This document shows positions 1 through 7,909 of a DNA stretch of 24,000 bases, piece after piece. This DNA is from Eubacteriales bacterium mix99 (GTDB taxonomy: Bacteria; Bacillota; Clostridia; Caldicoprobacterales; DTU083). How positions within the stretch are numbered: position 1 is the first letter of the stretch; each line of letters begins with the position of its first letter. A program made the translations under genes and the position numbers. The stretch lies in NCBI GenBank assembly GCA_038396605.1, contig CP121690.1, positions 2,484,356 to 2,508,355 of the forward strand, written 5' to 3'. The notes below the pieces were generated by a model. It searched no databases and was not told where the DNA came from. It worked only from the letters and a program-made list of their open reading frames with translations.

Positions 1-843
1 ATGGTGTACAGTCATGGGAAGGGTTATTTCGTCTGTAAAGGCAGCAAACTCACAACACATATGGAATCGGCATATCGGGCAACCGACAGGGACATCCGTT
101 GTATTCTTCAGTTGATATCGGACTATTCCATCTATGCCTTTGATGAAGAAATCCGGAACGGGTACATTACGCTGCGGGGTGGCCATCGGGTCGGAATGGC
201 GGGTAAAATTGTTCTGGACAACGGTAAAATCCAGGCAATGAAATATATTAATTCCTTTAATATCCGGATTTCCAGGGAAGTGATTGGATCGGCCGACAAG
301 CTGATCCCTTATCTGATATCCGGCAGGGACGTCTTTCATACCCTGATCCTGTCTCCGCCGCAAATGGGCAAGACGACTCTGTTGCGGGATATCGCCAGAA
401 AGCTGAGCAACGGATTTCCTGGCTTTCGGGCTGTTAAGGTGGGAATTGTGGATGAACGTTCTGAGATTGCAGGATGTTGGCAGGGCATTCCTCAGAGAGA
501 GGTTGGGATTCGTACCGATATTCTGGATGGATGTCCCAAGGCGGAGGGAATGATGATGCTGATCCGATCCATGTCTCCCAATGTGATTATCACAGATGAA
601 ATCGGGCGGTCCGAGGATGTGGCGGCCATCCGGGAGGCATTGAATGCCGGGATCCGGGTGATTACTTCCGCTCATGCGTCGGATCTGCAGGATGCCAGGG
701 TAAGGCCGGTGCTGTCCCAGCTTCTGGACTGCCGGATCTTCCAGCGGATCGCGGTACTTGGCGGCTCCCTGGGAGTCGGAACGCTGGAAAAGGTCTATAC
801 CGGGGATGATTTTACACAGATTTTGCACAAACCGGTTCGGTGA
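1..843 (+). CDS. spoIIIAA: Stage III sporulation protein AA (ATPase), 5' end truncated by the window
   Basis: ORF open to the window edge. P-loop-like SPPQMGKTTLLRDIARKLS, Walker-B-like NVIITDEIGRSEDV, and first gene of an ordered spoIIIAA-AH run. The ATG at position 1 is probably internal. Confidence 0.96.
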   Translation: MVYSHGKGYFVCKGSKLTTHMESAYRATDRDIRCILQLISDYSIYAFDEEIRNGYITLRGGHRVGMAGKIVLDNGKIQAMKYINSFNIRISREVIGSADKLIPYLISGRDVFHTLILSPPQMGKTTLLRDIARKLSNGFPGFRAVKVGIVDERSEIAGCWQGIPQREVGIRTDILDGCPKAEGMMMLIRSMSPNVIITDEIGRSEDVAAIREALNAGIRVITSAHASDLQDARVRPVLSQLLDCRIFQRIAVLGGSLGVGTLEKVYTGDDFTQILHKPVR

Positions 844-860
844 CAGAAAGGAGGCTCCAA

Positions 861-1382
861 ATGATCCTTAAAATATTCAACAGCTGCGTAATTGTGCTGA
901 CCTCTACATTGATCGGATTTGAAGCCGCAAAGCGTTACGTAATGAGAACAAGGGAGCTTCGTGCGTTTCAAAGCGCACTGTCCCGGTTGGAAACGGAAAT
1001 CCTTCATTATTCCTCCCTCCTGCCGGAAGCGATGCTGCAGATCGGCGGCTCCATTGGAGGAGGGACCGGGAAGGTTTTCATCCGGACCGGAAAACTCCTG
1101 GCAGGCAAAAAGAACTATTCTGTTTCCGAAGCCTGGAGTTCTTCCCTGCAGTATCTGAAGACGGAATTGTTTCTTGAAAAGGAGGATATGGAAATTTTAA
1201 GACGGTTCGGAGAACAGCTGGGAGGCAGTGATAAGGACGGGCAGGTAAAATATATCAGGCTGACTTTGATGCAGCTGCATGAGGAAGAAGAAAAGGCACG
1301 GGTCATTCGGGAGAAATATGAGCGAATGTATAAAAGTCTGGGATTGCTTGGCGGTATCGCATTAGCGATCATTCTGTTCTGA
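861..1382 (+). CDS. spoIIIAB: Stage III sporulation protein AB
   Basis: MILKIFNSCVIVLTSTLIGFEAAKRYVMRTRELRAFQSALSRLETEI is SpoIIIAB-like. The track starts at 840, but ATG 861 has an AAAGGAGG RBS at 847-854 and is the more likely start. Confidence 0.95.
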   Translation: MILKIFNSCVIVLTSTLIGFEAAKRYVMRTRELRAFQSALSRLETEILHYSSLLPEAMLQIGGSIGGGTGKVFIRTGKLLAGKKNYSVSEAWSSSLQYLKTELFLEKEDMEILRRFGEQLGGSDKDGQVKYIRLTLMQLHEEEEKARVIREKYERMYKSLGLLGGIALAIILF

Positions 1383-1396
1383 CTGGAGGGAAGGAA

Positions 1397-1594
1397 ATGG
1401 ATGTAGACCTCATTTTTAAGATTGCTGCCATAGGAATCCTGATCGCTGTCATCAATCAGGTTTTGACCAAGGCAGGAAGGGAAGATATGGCTATGATGAC
1501 TTCCCTGGCCGGTGTGATAATCGTTCTTCTTATGATAGTGGATCTGATCAGCCGGCTGTTCAACAGTGTGAAGTCCATCTTCCATTTATACTGA
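1397..1594 (+). CDS. spoIIIAC: Stage III sporulation protein AC
   Basis: 65-aa two-TM protein MDVDLIFKIAAIGILIAVINQVLTKAGREDMAMM, correct position in the operon. Confidence 0.95.
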   Translation: MDVDLIFKIAAIGILIAVINQVLTKAGREDMAMMTSLAGVIIVLLMIVDLISRLFNSVKSIFHLY

Positions 1595-1618
1595 AAGGTT
1601 CCGAAGGAGGTCCCCTCG

Positions 1619-2005
1619 ATGAACATTATGCAGATTGTAGCCATAGGTCTGACGGCTGCCGTACTTGCCCTGGTTGTCCGGCAGCAAAGGCCGGATATTG
1701 CAATGATGATTTCCCTGGCTGCCGGAACGATCCTGTTTCTGATGATTCTCGGTAATCTGAAGTCCGTGGTTACGGTTGTGAATCAGCTGTCCCACAAAGC
1801 AAGCCTGGATTCCATTTATCTTTCCACCGTTCTGAAAGTAATCGGGATTTCCTATATCGCTGAGTTTGGAGCTCAGATCTGCCGGGATGCGGGAGAAAGC
1901 GCCATTGCCTCCAAAATTGAGTTGGGGGGAAAGGTCCTGATCATGATGTTGGCGGTTCCCATACTGTCCGCATTGCTGGAAACCATATTAAAGCTGCTTC
2001 CGTAA
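1619..2005 (+). CDS. spoIIIAD: Stage III sporulation protein AD
   Basis: 128-aa membrane protein, RBS GAAGGAGG, conserved order between AC and AE. Confidence 0.95.
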   Translation: MNIMQIVAIGLTAAVLALVVRQQRPDIAMMISLAAGTILFLMILGNLKSVVTVVNQLSHKASLDSIYLSTVLKVIGISYIAEFGAQICRDAGESAIASKIELGGKVLIMMLAVPILSALLETILKLLP

Positions 2006-2018
2006 AAGGAGAGTACTT

Positions 2019-3206
2019 ATGAGGAAAATGATCCTGACGATGCTGCTTGTGCTGGCTCTTTTTGTTTCACCGGCATATGCAGCTCCCGCGGAAAGTGAAA
2101 ACCGGGAGGCAGATCCGGAAGATATTCTTACCGATCAGATTGATGAGCTGAACACGGCGGATTGGGAACCGTACTGGAAAGCTCTTCAGGACCAGGGTAT
2201 GGATATTTCGGAAGGGAAATCGGCCAAGGAAATGATTAGAAAGCTGGTAACCGGACAATTTACCCTTGGGTGGAAGGATATCCTGGACAGAATCCTCGAT
2301 GTCTTCTTCCGGGAGTTTCGGCCGAATCTCATGCTTATGGCGAAAATAATTGTCATAGCAACCCTTTGCGGCCTATTCAAAAATATGAATGATTCCTTCC
2401 GCAATCCCTCGGTTGGCGAAGTCGCATATTTTGCCTGTTACAGCATTATCGTCATTCTGATTCTCCAAAGTCTGATGTCCGCTCTGGAGATTGGAAAAAC
2501 CGGCATCGAACAAATGACGGAATTCATGCAGGTGCTTTATCCGATATTGCTGGCTATGCTGACCGCTGTAGGCAATGTTACAACTTCTTCAGTCCTGCAG
2601 CCTGCTGTTGGAGTGTTGGTCGGAATCGTGGGAACTTTGCTGAAGGATATTATGATACCACTGATTACCTTGTCCGCTGTCGTTCATTTGATCAGTTATA
2701 TCAGTGACAGGGTGCAGATCAAAAAGCTGGGGAAGCTGTTGAACCAAATAAGTGTCTGGATCCTGAGCTTTGTCTTCACGATATTTGTCGGTGTTCTCAC
2801 TATCCAGGGAGCCATGACATCTTCTTTTGACGGACTTTCCGTACGGACTGCCAAATTTGCACTGGACCAGTTTGTCCCGGTTGTTGGAAAGATGCTCTCC
2901 CAATCCATGGATACCATTATCGGATGCTCGATCCTTCTGAAGAATGCAGCAGGTGTGACAGGTCTGATCATCATTGGCATGTTGTGCCTTGCGCCGGGAA
3001 TGAAAATATTGACGCTTATGCTACTGTATAAACTTTCCAGTGCATTGCTGGAACCGATAACGGATCAACGTATTGTGGATTGTCTGGACGGAATCGGCAG
3101 TGTGCTGAATGTATTGTTTATTACTGTTGTGGGCATTGCGCTGATGTTTTTTCTCACGGTGGCCCTGATTATCGGTACCGGAAATGCATCTTTGATGGGG
3201 AAATGA
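2019..3206 (+). CDS. spoIIIAE: Stage III sporulation protein AE
   Basis: 395-aa polytopic protein with N-terminal signal segment; GVGTLLKDIMIPLITLSAVVHLISYIS and conserved operon position. Confidence 0.95.
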   Translation: MRKMILTMLLVLALFVSPAYAAPAESENREADPEDILTDQIDELNTADWEPYWKALQDQGMDISEGKSAKEMIRKLVTGQFTLGWKDILDRILDVFFREFRPNLMLMAKIIVIATLCGLFKNMNDSFRNPSVGEVAYFACYSIIVILILQSLMSALEIGKTGIEQMTEFMQVLYPILLAMLTAVGNVTTSSVLQPAVGVLVGIVGTLLKDIMIPLITLSAVVHLISYISDRVQIKKLGKLLNQISVWILSFVFTIFVGVLTIQGAMTSSFDGLSVRTAKFALDQFVPVVGKMLSQSMDTIIGCSILLKNAAGVTGLIIIGMLCLAPGMKILTLMLLYKLSSALLEPITDQRIVDCLDGIGSVLNVLFITVVGIALMFFLTVALIIGTGNASLMGK

Positions 3207-3215
3207 GGTGATGGT

Positions 3216-3803
3216 ATGAAAACCGCAGTCAGCCAGTGGATCATCAATCTCACCGTGATTGCCATACTGGGAGCTTTGGTGGATATTCTTCTGCCCAACA
3301 GCAGTTTCCGGAAGTACAGCAGTTTCCTTTTCGGGCTTGTAATCCTGATCATGTTTCTGCAGCCTGTTCTGAAACTCATGGGTCAAACACAGGATTTTGA
3401 TGCATTCATATACCAAAGGGCAGCGACGCAGAATGCGGAGACGGCTTCCTTTCAAAGCAGTCAGCTGGAAAAGGGACAGAAACAGCAGTTGGAAAAAGTG
3501 TATCAGAAAAACCTGGAAAAAGATATGGCGGATCAACTGGAAAGCGCAACGGACTGGGACCCGGTATCGGTTCAGGTAACCTTTTCCGGAACCAGGGGAG
3601 AACCCGATTTGTCGCAGCTGGAACGGATTGATGTGTCTGCCGAGCAAAAAGGTCAAACCGTTTCCATCGATCCTGTCACCATTGAAACCGGTAAGGAATC
3701 CGGGAATCTGCAGAAGGATGCAGAAGGAGTGCCGGAGATCAAACGATTGCTGTCGGAACGTTATGGGATCGAAAAGGACAGGGTTTATGTAAACGGGAAT
3801 TAA
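3216..3803 (+). CDS. spoIIIAF: Stage III sporulation protein AF
   Basis: Two N-terminal TM segments (VISQWIINLTVIAILGALVDILLPNSSFRKY-like start), C-terminal soluble domain, conserved operon position. Confidence 0.93.
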   Translation: MKTAVSQWIINLTVIAILGALVDILLPNSSFRKYSSFLFGLVILIMFLQPVLKLMGQTQDFDAFIYQRAATQNAETASFQSSQLEKGQKQQLEKVYQKNLEKDMADQLESATDWDPVSVQVTFSGTRGEPDLSQLERIDVSAEQKGQTVSIDPVTIETGKESGNLQKDAEGVPEIKRLLSERYGIEKDRVYVNGN

Positions 3804-3822
3804 AAACAAAGGAGGGCTTTTT

Positions 3823-4440
3823 ATGGAAAAGGAGATGCGCTTCCACGCCCTGTTTGATCGGCTGAAAAAAGTGAAAAATATTGAGTATTTTATTTTTATT
3901 CTGGCCATAGCAATAATAATGAGTCTGGCAGGTAATTTGCTTCAGCCGCAATCAAAGGGAGAGGGTGAAGAGAAAAAGGTCCGCTCCGGCGCGGCTTTGC
4001 CTGAGTCCAGCCAGGATGCGAAGAAGGAAAAAGGCAGTACGGACCGGGAAAAGCGGTTGAAGGACGTTCTGTCGGCGATTCAGGGTGCCGGAAAGGTGGA
4101 TGTCATGATTACTTACAAAACAGGCAAGGAGGTTGTTCCAGCCATGAATACCGTGGAATCCAGCACGGAAACGGAGGAAAAGGACAGCAATGGCGGTGTC
4201 CGGCGCACAACGCAAACCGATGTCAATACCCAGCCTGTCAGCATGGATTCTCCGGACGGATCCCAGCCGCTGATTTCCAGGGAAAACGAGCCGGAGGTTC
4301 AGGGAGTCATCGTTGTGGCGGAAGGTGCGGAAGATATTCAGGTCCGGATTGGACTGCAGCAGGCGGTGCAGACCCTTCTGGGGATACAGTCCGATCAGGT
4401 TGAGGTTTTTGTCATGGACGATAACGGAATGGAGGAGTGA
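3823..4440 (+). CDS. spoIIIAG: Stage III sporulation protein AG
   Basis: Single N-terminal TM, then GAGKVDVMITYKTGKEVVPA...EVQGVIVVAEGAEDIQVRIGLQQAVQTLLGIQSDQVEVF, ring-forming SpoIIIAG-type domain. Confidence 0.95.
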   Translation: MEKEMRFHALFDRLKKVKNIEYFIFILAIAIIMSLAGNLLQPQSKGEGEEKKVRSGAALPESSQDAKKEKGSTDREKRLKDVLSAIQGAGKVDVMITYKTGKEVVPAMNTVESSTETEEKDSNGGVRRTTQTDVNTQPVSMDSPDGSQPLISRENEPEVQGVIVVAEGAEDIQVRIGLQQAVQTLLGIQSDQVEVFVMDDNGMEE

Positions 4441-4443
4441 GAG

Positions 4444-5130
4444 ATGTTGGTGCTGAAAAGAAAAAATCTGGTTATTGGGCTTTTGGTGGTGTTATTGATC
4501 ATCACGGGTTATCTGAACTTTGTGTACAATCAGGATTCTGCCCCGGCTGTCAGTCCGGAGAAGGACGTCGCAGCAGAAAAAAAAGATGGGATAAGCGGAA
4601 AGATTACGATAAGCGATCTGGAGGATCAGGGGAAAGCGTCTGATTCGAAAAAGTTGGCAGATCAATCGCAAAAGGACGAAAATGCAGATGAAAAGAAGGG
4701 CAAAACCACAGACGCCGCAGATGGGAAATCAACCGATAAGGAGAGCCAGGAAGCTTCTGCGTCTGCGAGTACCACCTTTTTCCGGGATTACCGGTTTCAA
4801 AGGGAACAGGATAGGAACGAGGAGATCGGACACATCAATTCCATCGTAAAAAATCCCAATTCCGATCCGGAAATGGTAAAGGAAGCACAGGCACAGCTTC
4901 TGGACATTACCTCCAATAAGGAATCGGAACTGGCGATCGAAAATCTGATCAGGGCAAAAGGTTTTTCCGATGTGGCAGTGATTCTGCATCATGACAACGT
5001 CAATGTCATTGTGGATAAATCTGAACTGGTCCCGGAAGAGGTAGCAATGATCCTGGACATTGTCAAACGGGAATCCGGAAAGGAAGCAGAAAACATAAAA
5101 ATCATTCCCAGGGTTGGAACGAAGGATTAG
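4444..5130 (+). CDS. spoIIIAH: Stage III sporulation protein AH
   Basis: N-terminal TM, Lys/Glu/Asp-rich linker, C-terminal domain FRDYRFQREQDRNEEI...KGFSDVAVILHHDNVNVIV, last gene of the spoIIIA operon. Confidence 0.95.
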   Translation: MLVLKRKNLVIGLLVVLLIITGYLNFVYNQDSAPAVSPEKDVAAEKKDGISGKITISDLEDQGKASDSKKLADQSQKDENADEKKGKTTDAADGKSTDKESQEASASASTTFFRDYRFQREQDRNEEIGHINSIVKNPNSDPEMVKEAQAQLLDITSNKESELAIENLIRAKGFSDVAVILHHDNVNVIVDKSELVPEEVAMILDIVKRESGKEAENIKIIPRVGTKD

Positions 5131-5136
5131 AACGAT

Positions 5137-5165
5137 TTGTAAAAGCCCATGTTATTTGGTATAAT
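5137..5165 (+). promoter_or_regulatory. SigA-type promoter with extended -10 for the Asp23/amaP/nusB operon
   Basis: TTGTAA (5137-5142), 17-nt spacer, TATAAT (5160-5165), preceded by TGG (extended -10), 36 nt upstream of the ATG at 5202. Confidence 0.75.
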
Positions 5166-5201
5166 AAAACCATGTAACAACAATTTACAGGAGGTGAAAA
5201 A

Positions 5202-5576
5202 ATGGAACAACAGACAAATGGGGATTATGGCAATGTGACATTTGCCGATGAAGTCGTTGCCATTATCGCAGGCCTGGCAGCCATGGAGATTCCGGGGGTT
5301 TCTGCAATGAGCAGCGGTATTATGGAAAAACTCGGGAAAAAGAACCTGTCCAGAGGGGTAAAGGTGGAGGTTGGCGAAAAAGAAACGGCAATTGACTTAT
5401 ACCTAATTGTGGATTATGGCGTTCGGATACCGGATATTGCGTGGAATATCCAGGAGAATGTTAAAAAAACCGTTGAAACCATGACAGGACTTCATGTAAT
5501 AGAGGTAAACATCCATATTCAGGGCATCGATTTTGAAAAGGAAAGAAAAGAAGGGGAACCGCCGTCCAAGGCATGA
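5202..5576 (+). CDS. Asp23/Gls24 family envelope stress response protein
   Basis: GNVTFADEVVAIIAGLAAMEIPGVSAMSSG...GVKVEVGEKETAIDLYLIVDYGVRIPDIAWNIQENVKKTVETMTGLHVIEVNIHIQGI; RBS GGAGG at 5190-5194. Confidence 0.95.
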   Translation: MEQQTNGDYGNVTFADEVVAIIAGLAAMEIPGVSAMSSGIMEKLGKKNLSRGVKVEVGEKETAIDLYLIVDYGVRIPDIAWNIQENVKKTVETMTGLHVIEVNIHIQGIDFEKERKEGEPPSKA

Positions 5577-5594
5577 TCCCCATGATTCTTTCAA

Positions 5595-5616
5595 ACCCTC
5601 TGAATTCTCAGAGGGT
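5595..5616. promoter_or_regulatory. Strong hairpin between the Asp23-family gene and amaP (not a canonical terminator)
   Basis: ACCCTCTGA-ATTC-TCAGAGGGT: perfect 9-bp stem, 4-nt loop, not followed by a T tract. Confidence 0.5.
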
Positions 5617-5667
5617 ACTTGCACAGGAACCGGAAACAAAAGAAACAAGAAGAAAGGATGGATACCG

Positions 5668-6222
5668 ATGAAGATGAAAATGGGAGACCGTATTCTGCTG
5701 TCGTTTTATATTCTTGTTGTCATTGCTCTTTCGCTTGGACTGCTTTGCATTGCTCTGAATGTCATCCCTCTTTCGTATTTCAAGGGCCTGATTGCCGGCT
5801 TGGATTACAATGGACCCTTTATTCTGGTTACGTTGGCGATATCACTGGTTTTGCTGGCAGCCAGTGTCCGTCTTTTAACAGCCGGCACCTCCCGGAAGAA
5901 ACCGGCCAGTGCTGTCTTGAAAACAACGGATCTGGGAATGATCCGGGTGTCCCTGGAGACCCTGGATACTCTTACCCAAAAGGCAGTACATAGTTTCCAG
6001 GAAGTCCGGGATGTTGTCAGCACCGTTCTTCCGGAGGCCGATGAGGGTGTCCGGATAAAATTGAAGGTAACAATACTGCCGGATGTCCGGATGCCTGAAT
6101 TAACGCAAAACATTCAGGAAAAGGTAAAAAAATATGTGGAGGAAATGTCGGGAATTGCAGTCAGGGAAGTACTGGTTTATATTGATAATCTGACGGCTGC
6201 ACGACCAAACCGGGTTGAATAG
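5668..6222 (+). CDS. amaP: Alkaline shock response membrane anchor protein AmaP
   Basis: Two TM segments (LLSFYILVVIALSLGLLCI; GPFILVTLAISLVLLAASVRLL) followed by an Asp23-like domain. The track starts at 5533; ATG 5668 (MKMKMGDRILLS) with upstream AGAAAGGA is more plausible. Confidence 0.88.
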   Translation: MKMKMGDRILLSFYILVVIALSLGLLCIALNVIPLSYFKGLIAGLDYNGPFILVTLAISLVLLAASVRLLTAGTSRKKPASAVLKTTDLGMIRVSLETLDTLTQKAVHSFQEVRDVVSTVLPEADEGVRIKLKVTILPDVRMPELTQNIQEKVKKYVEEMSGIAVREVLVYIDNLTAARPNRVE

Positions 6223-6234
6223 GGGGCAACAGCA

Positions 6235-6474
6235 ATGACAATAAAGGAAATTGTTGTATCCTGCTTTACCACACATCGGGGGAAAACCATCGGGTTCCTG
6301 GGCGGACTGATCTTTGGCATTCTGATCCTGACGATTGGTTTTTGGCGAGGCTTGTTTCTGAGTCTGGCGGTTGGGATCGGCTGTTGGATCGGAAGCTTTT
6401 ACGACCGGAAGGAAAGCTTCCTTACCTTTTTGAGCGAGATGATATCGGATGGAATACGCAATAGAAAGCAATAG
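6235..6474 (+). CDS. DUF2273 family small membrane protein
   Basis: 79 aa: HRGKTIGFLGGLIFGILILTIGFWRGLFLSLAVGIGCWIG, typical between amaP and nusB. Confidence 0.88.
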   Translation: MTIKEIVVSCFTTHRGKTIGFLGGLIFGILILTIGFWRGLFLSLAVGIGCWIGSFYDRKESFLTFLSEMISDGIRNRKQ

Positions 6475-6482
6475 GAGGGCAT

Positions 6483-6914
6483 ATGGCAAGAAGACCGGCG
6501 AGGGAAGCTGCAATGAGATTATTATATCAGGAGATCTTTACACAGGATTTCGGGAATTGCGATCTGGGAACTTTCAGGGATATTACTTCAGATCTGGTTC
6601 TGGACAAGCGGGATATTCCTTATGTGGAAGATATCCTGCGGGGCTGTACGGATCATCAGGAGGAGATTGACCGGATCATCCGGACTCACAGTAAGGCATG
6701 GAAGTTTGAACGGATTGCAAAGGTGGATCTTTCCATTCTTCGTCTGGCTCTGTACGAAATCAATTACCGCGATGATATACCGGACAGCGTTTCGGTCAAT
6801 GAAGCGGTGGAGCTTGGAAAAAAATATGGCGGAGATCAGTCCGGATCCTTTATCAATGGCATCCTGGGTGCCTATCTTCGCCAGTGCACCCCATCCGGAA
6901 GTCCTTCGTCATGA
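6483..6914 (+). CDS. nusB: Transcription antitermination factor NusB
   Basis: ARRPAREAAMRLLYQEIF...WKFERIAKVDLSILRLALYEINYRDDIPDSVSVNEAVELGKKYGGDQSGSFINGILG. Confidence 0.96.
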   Translation: MARRPAREAAMRLLYQEIFTQDFGNCDLGTFRDITSDLVLDKRDIPYVEDILRGCTDHQEEIDRIIRTHSKAWKFERIAKVDLSILRLALYEINYRDDIPDSVSVNEAVELGKKYGGDQSGSFINGILGAYLRQCTPSGSPSS

Positions 6915-7909
6915 AGTACATACTTGGCATGGATACCAGCTGTTATACGACGTCTCTGGCAGGTGTCGGGCTGGATGGGGAAGTCCTGTTCAGCAGACAG
7001 CTTCTGCTGTCTGTTCCCGGGGGGAAGAGGGGATTACAGCAATCCGAGGCTTTGTTCCAGCATGTAAAGAATATCCCGAAAGTAACGTCCGGTCTGCGGC
7101 AGGCCCTGCCGGACGGAGAGATTGCAGCTGTCTGTGCAAGTACCCGGCCCCGACGATCCGAAAGCTCCTATATGCCTGTCTTTTTGGTTGGGCATCATTT
7201 TGGCCATGCAGTTTCCGATTTGACCCATGCTCCGTTTTATAAGACCAGCCATCAGGAAAATCATATTATGGCCGGTCTTTCTTCCGCAAAGGGGCCGGAT
7301 TCCAATCGCTTCCTTGCCCTCCACCTGTCCGGCGGTACCACAGAAATGCTGGATGTGGTACGCATCCCATTCGGATTTCAGATTCAACGGGTGGGAAGAA
7401 CGCAGGATCTGCATGTCGGTCAACTGGTGGACCGAATCGGTGTGGCAATGGGCCTGCCTTTTCCGGCAGGTCCTTATTTGGAAGCAATGGCAGCATCCGG
7501 TACCGGCTCCGTTCATCTGTCCGGTTCCGTAAAGGGCCTTTGCGTCAGTTTTTCCGGGCCGGAGTCCCAGGGACAGCGTTTGCTCCGGGCAGGGGTTTCC
7601 CAACCGGAAATTGCCTGTGCTGTTTATCAGCTGTTGATCCGAACCACAGCCAATTGGATTCTGCATGCGGTGGAGCGGGGATATCCGGAGGAAGTATTGC
7701 TTGTCGGAGGGGTATCCTCCAGTTCATTGTTCCGAAATGGGCTGCGGGAGCGTCTGCTTCACCGACGCAGAAGCGTCCGCCTTTATTTTGCACAGCCGGA
7801 TTTGTCACGGGATAATGCAGTGGGAACAGCACTGCTGGGATTGCAGGCCTATCAAAAGTCAGGAGGGGTATATGAGCCATGTCATTCTTTCCGTCCATCA
7901 GCTGAATGA
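6911..7909 (+). CDS. TsaD/Kae1-like (M22, 'O-sialoglycoprotein endopeptidase'-like) paralog
   Basis: MKYILGMDTSCYTTSLAG...SHQENHIMAGL (HxxxH)...LALHLSGGTTEML...GRTQDLHVGQLVDRIGVAMGLPFPAGPYLE...LLVGGVSSSSLFR...SRDNAVGTALLGL. The track starts at 6884; ATG 6911 overlaps the nusB stop (ATGA). Confidence 0.85.
   Translation: MKYILGMDTSCYTTSLAGVGLDGEVLFSRQLLLSVPGGKRGLQQSEALFQHVKNIPKVTSGLRQALPDGEIAAVCASTRPRRSESSYMPVFLVGHHFGHAVSDLTHAPFYKTSHQENHIMAGLSSAKGPDSNRFLALHLSGGTTEMLDVVRIPFGFQIQRVGRTQDLHVGQLVDRIGVAMGLPFPAGPYLEAMAASGTGSVHLSGSVKGLCVSFSGPESQGQRLLRAGVSQPEIACAVYQLLIRTTANWILHAVERGYPEEVLLVGGVSSSSLFRNGLRERLLHRRRSVRLYFAQPDLSRDNAVGTALLGLQAYQKSGGVYEPCHSFRPSAE

Noticed and set aside
3021-3908. Antisense ORF (295 aa) opposite spoIIIAE-AG
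   Set aside because: Spans three confident sense genes and has no recognisable motif; a codon-bias shadow.
6622-7532. Extra + strand ORFs 6622-7242 and 7227-7532 overlapping nusB and the TsaD-like gene
   Set aside because: Out of frame with both supported genes; the translations look like frame-shifted noise with no domain.
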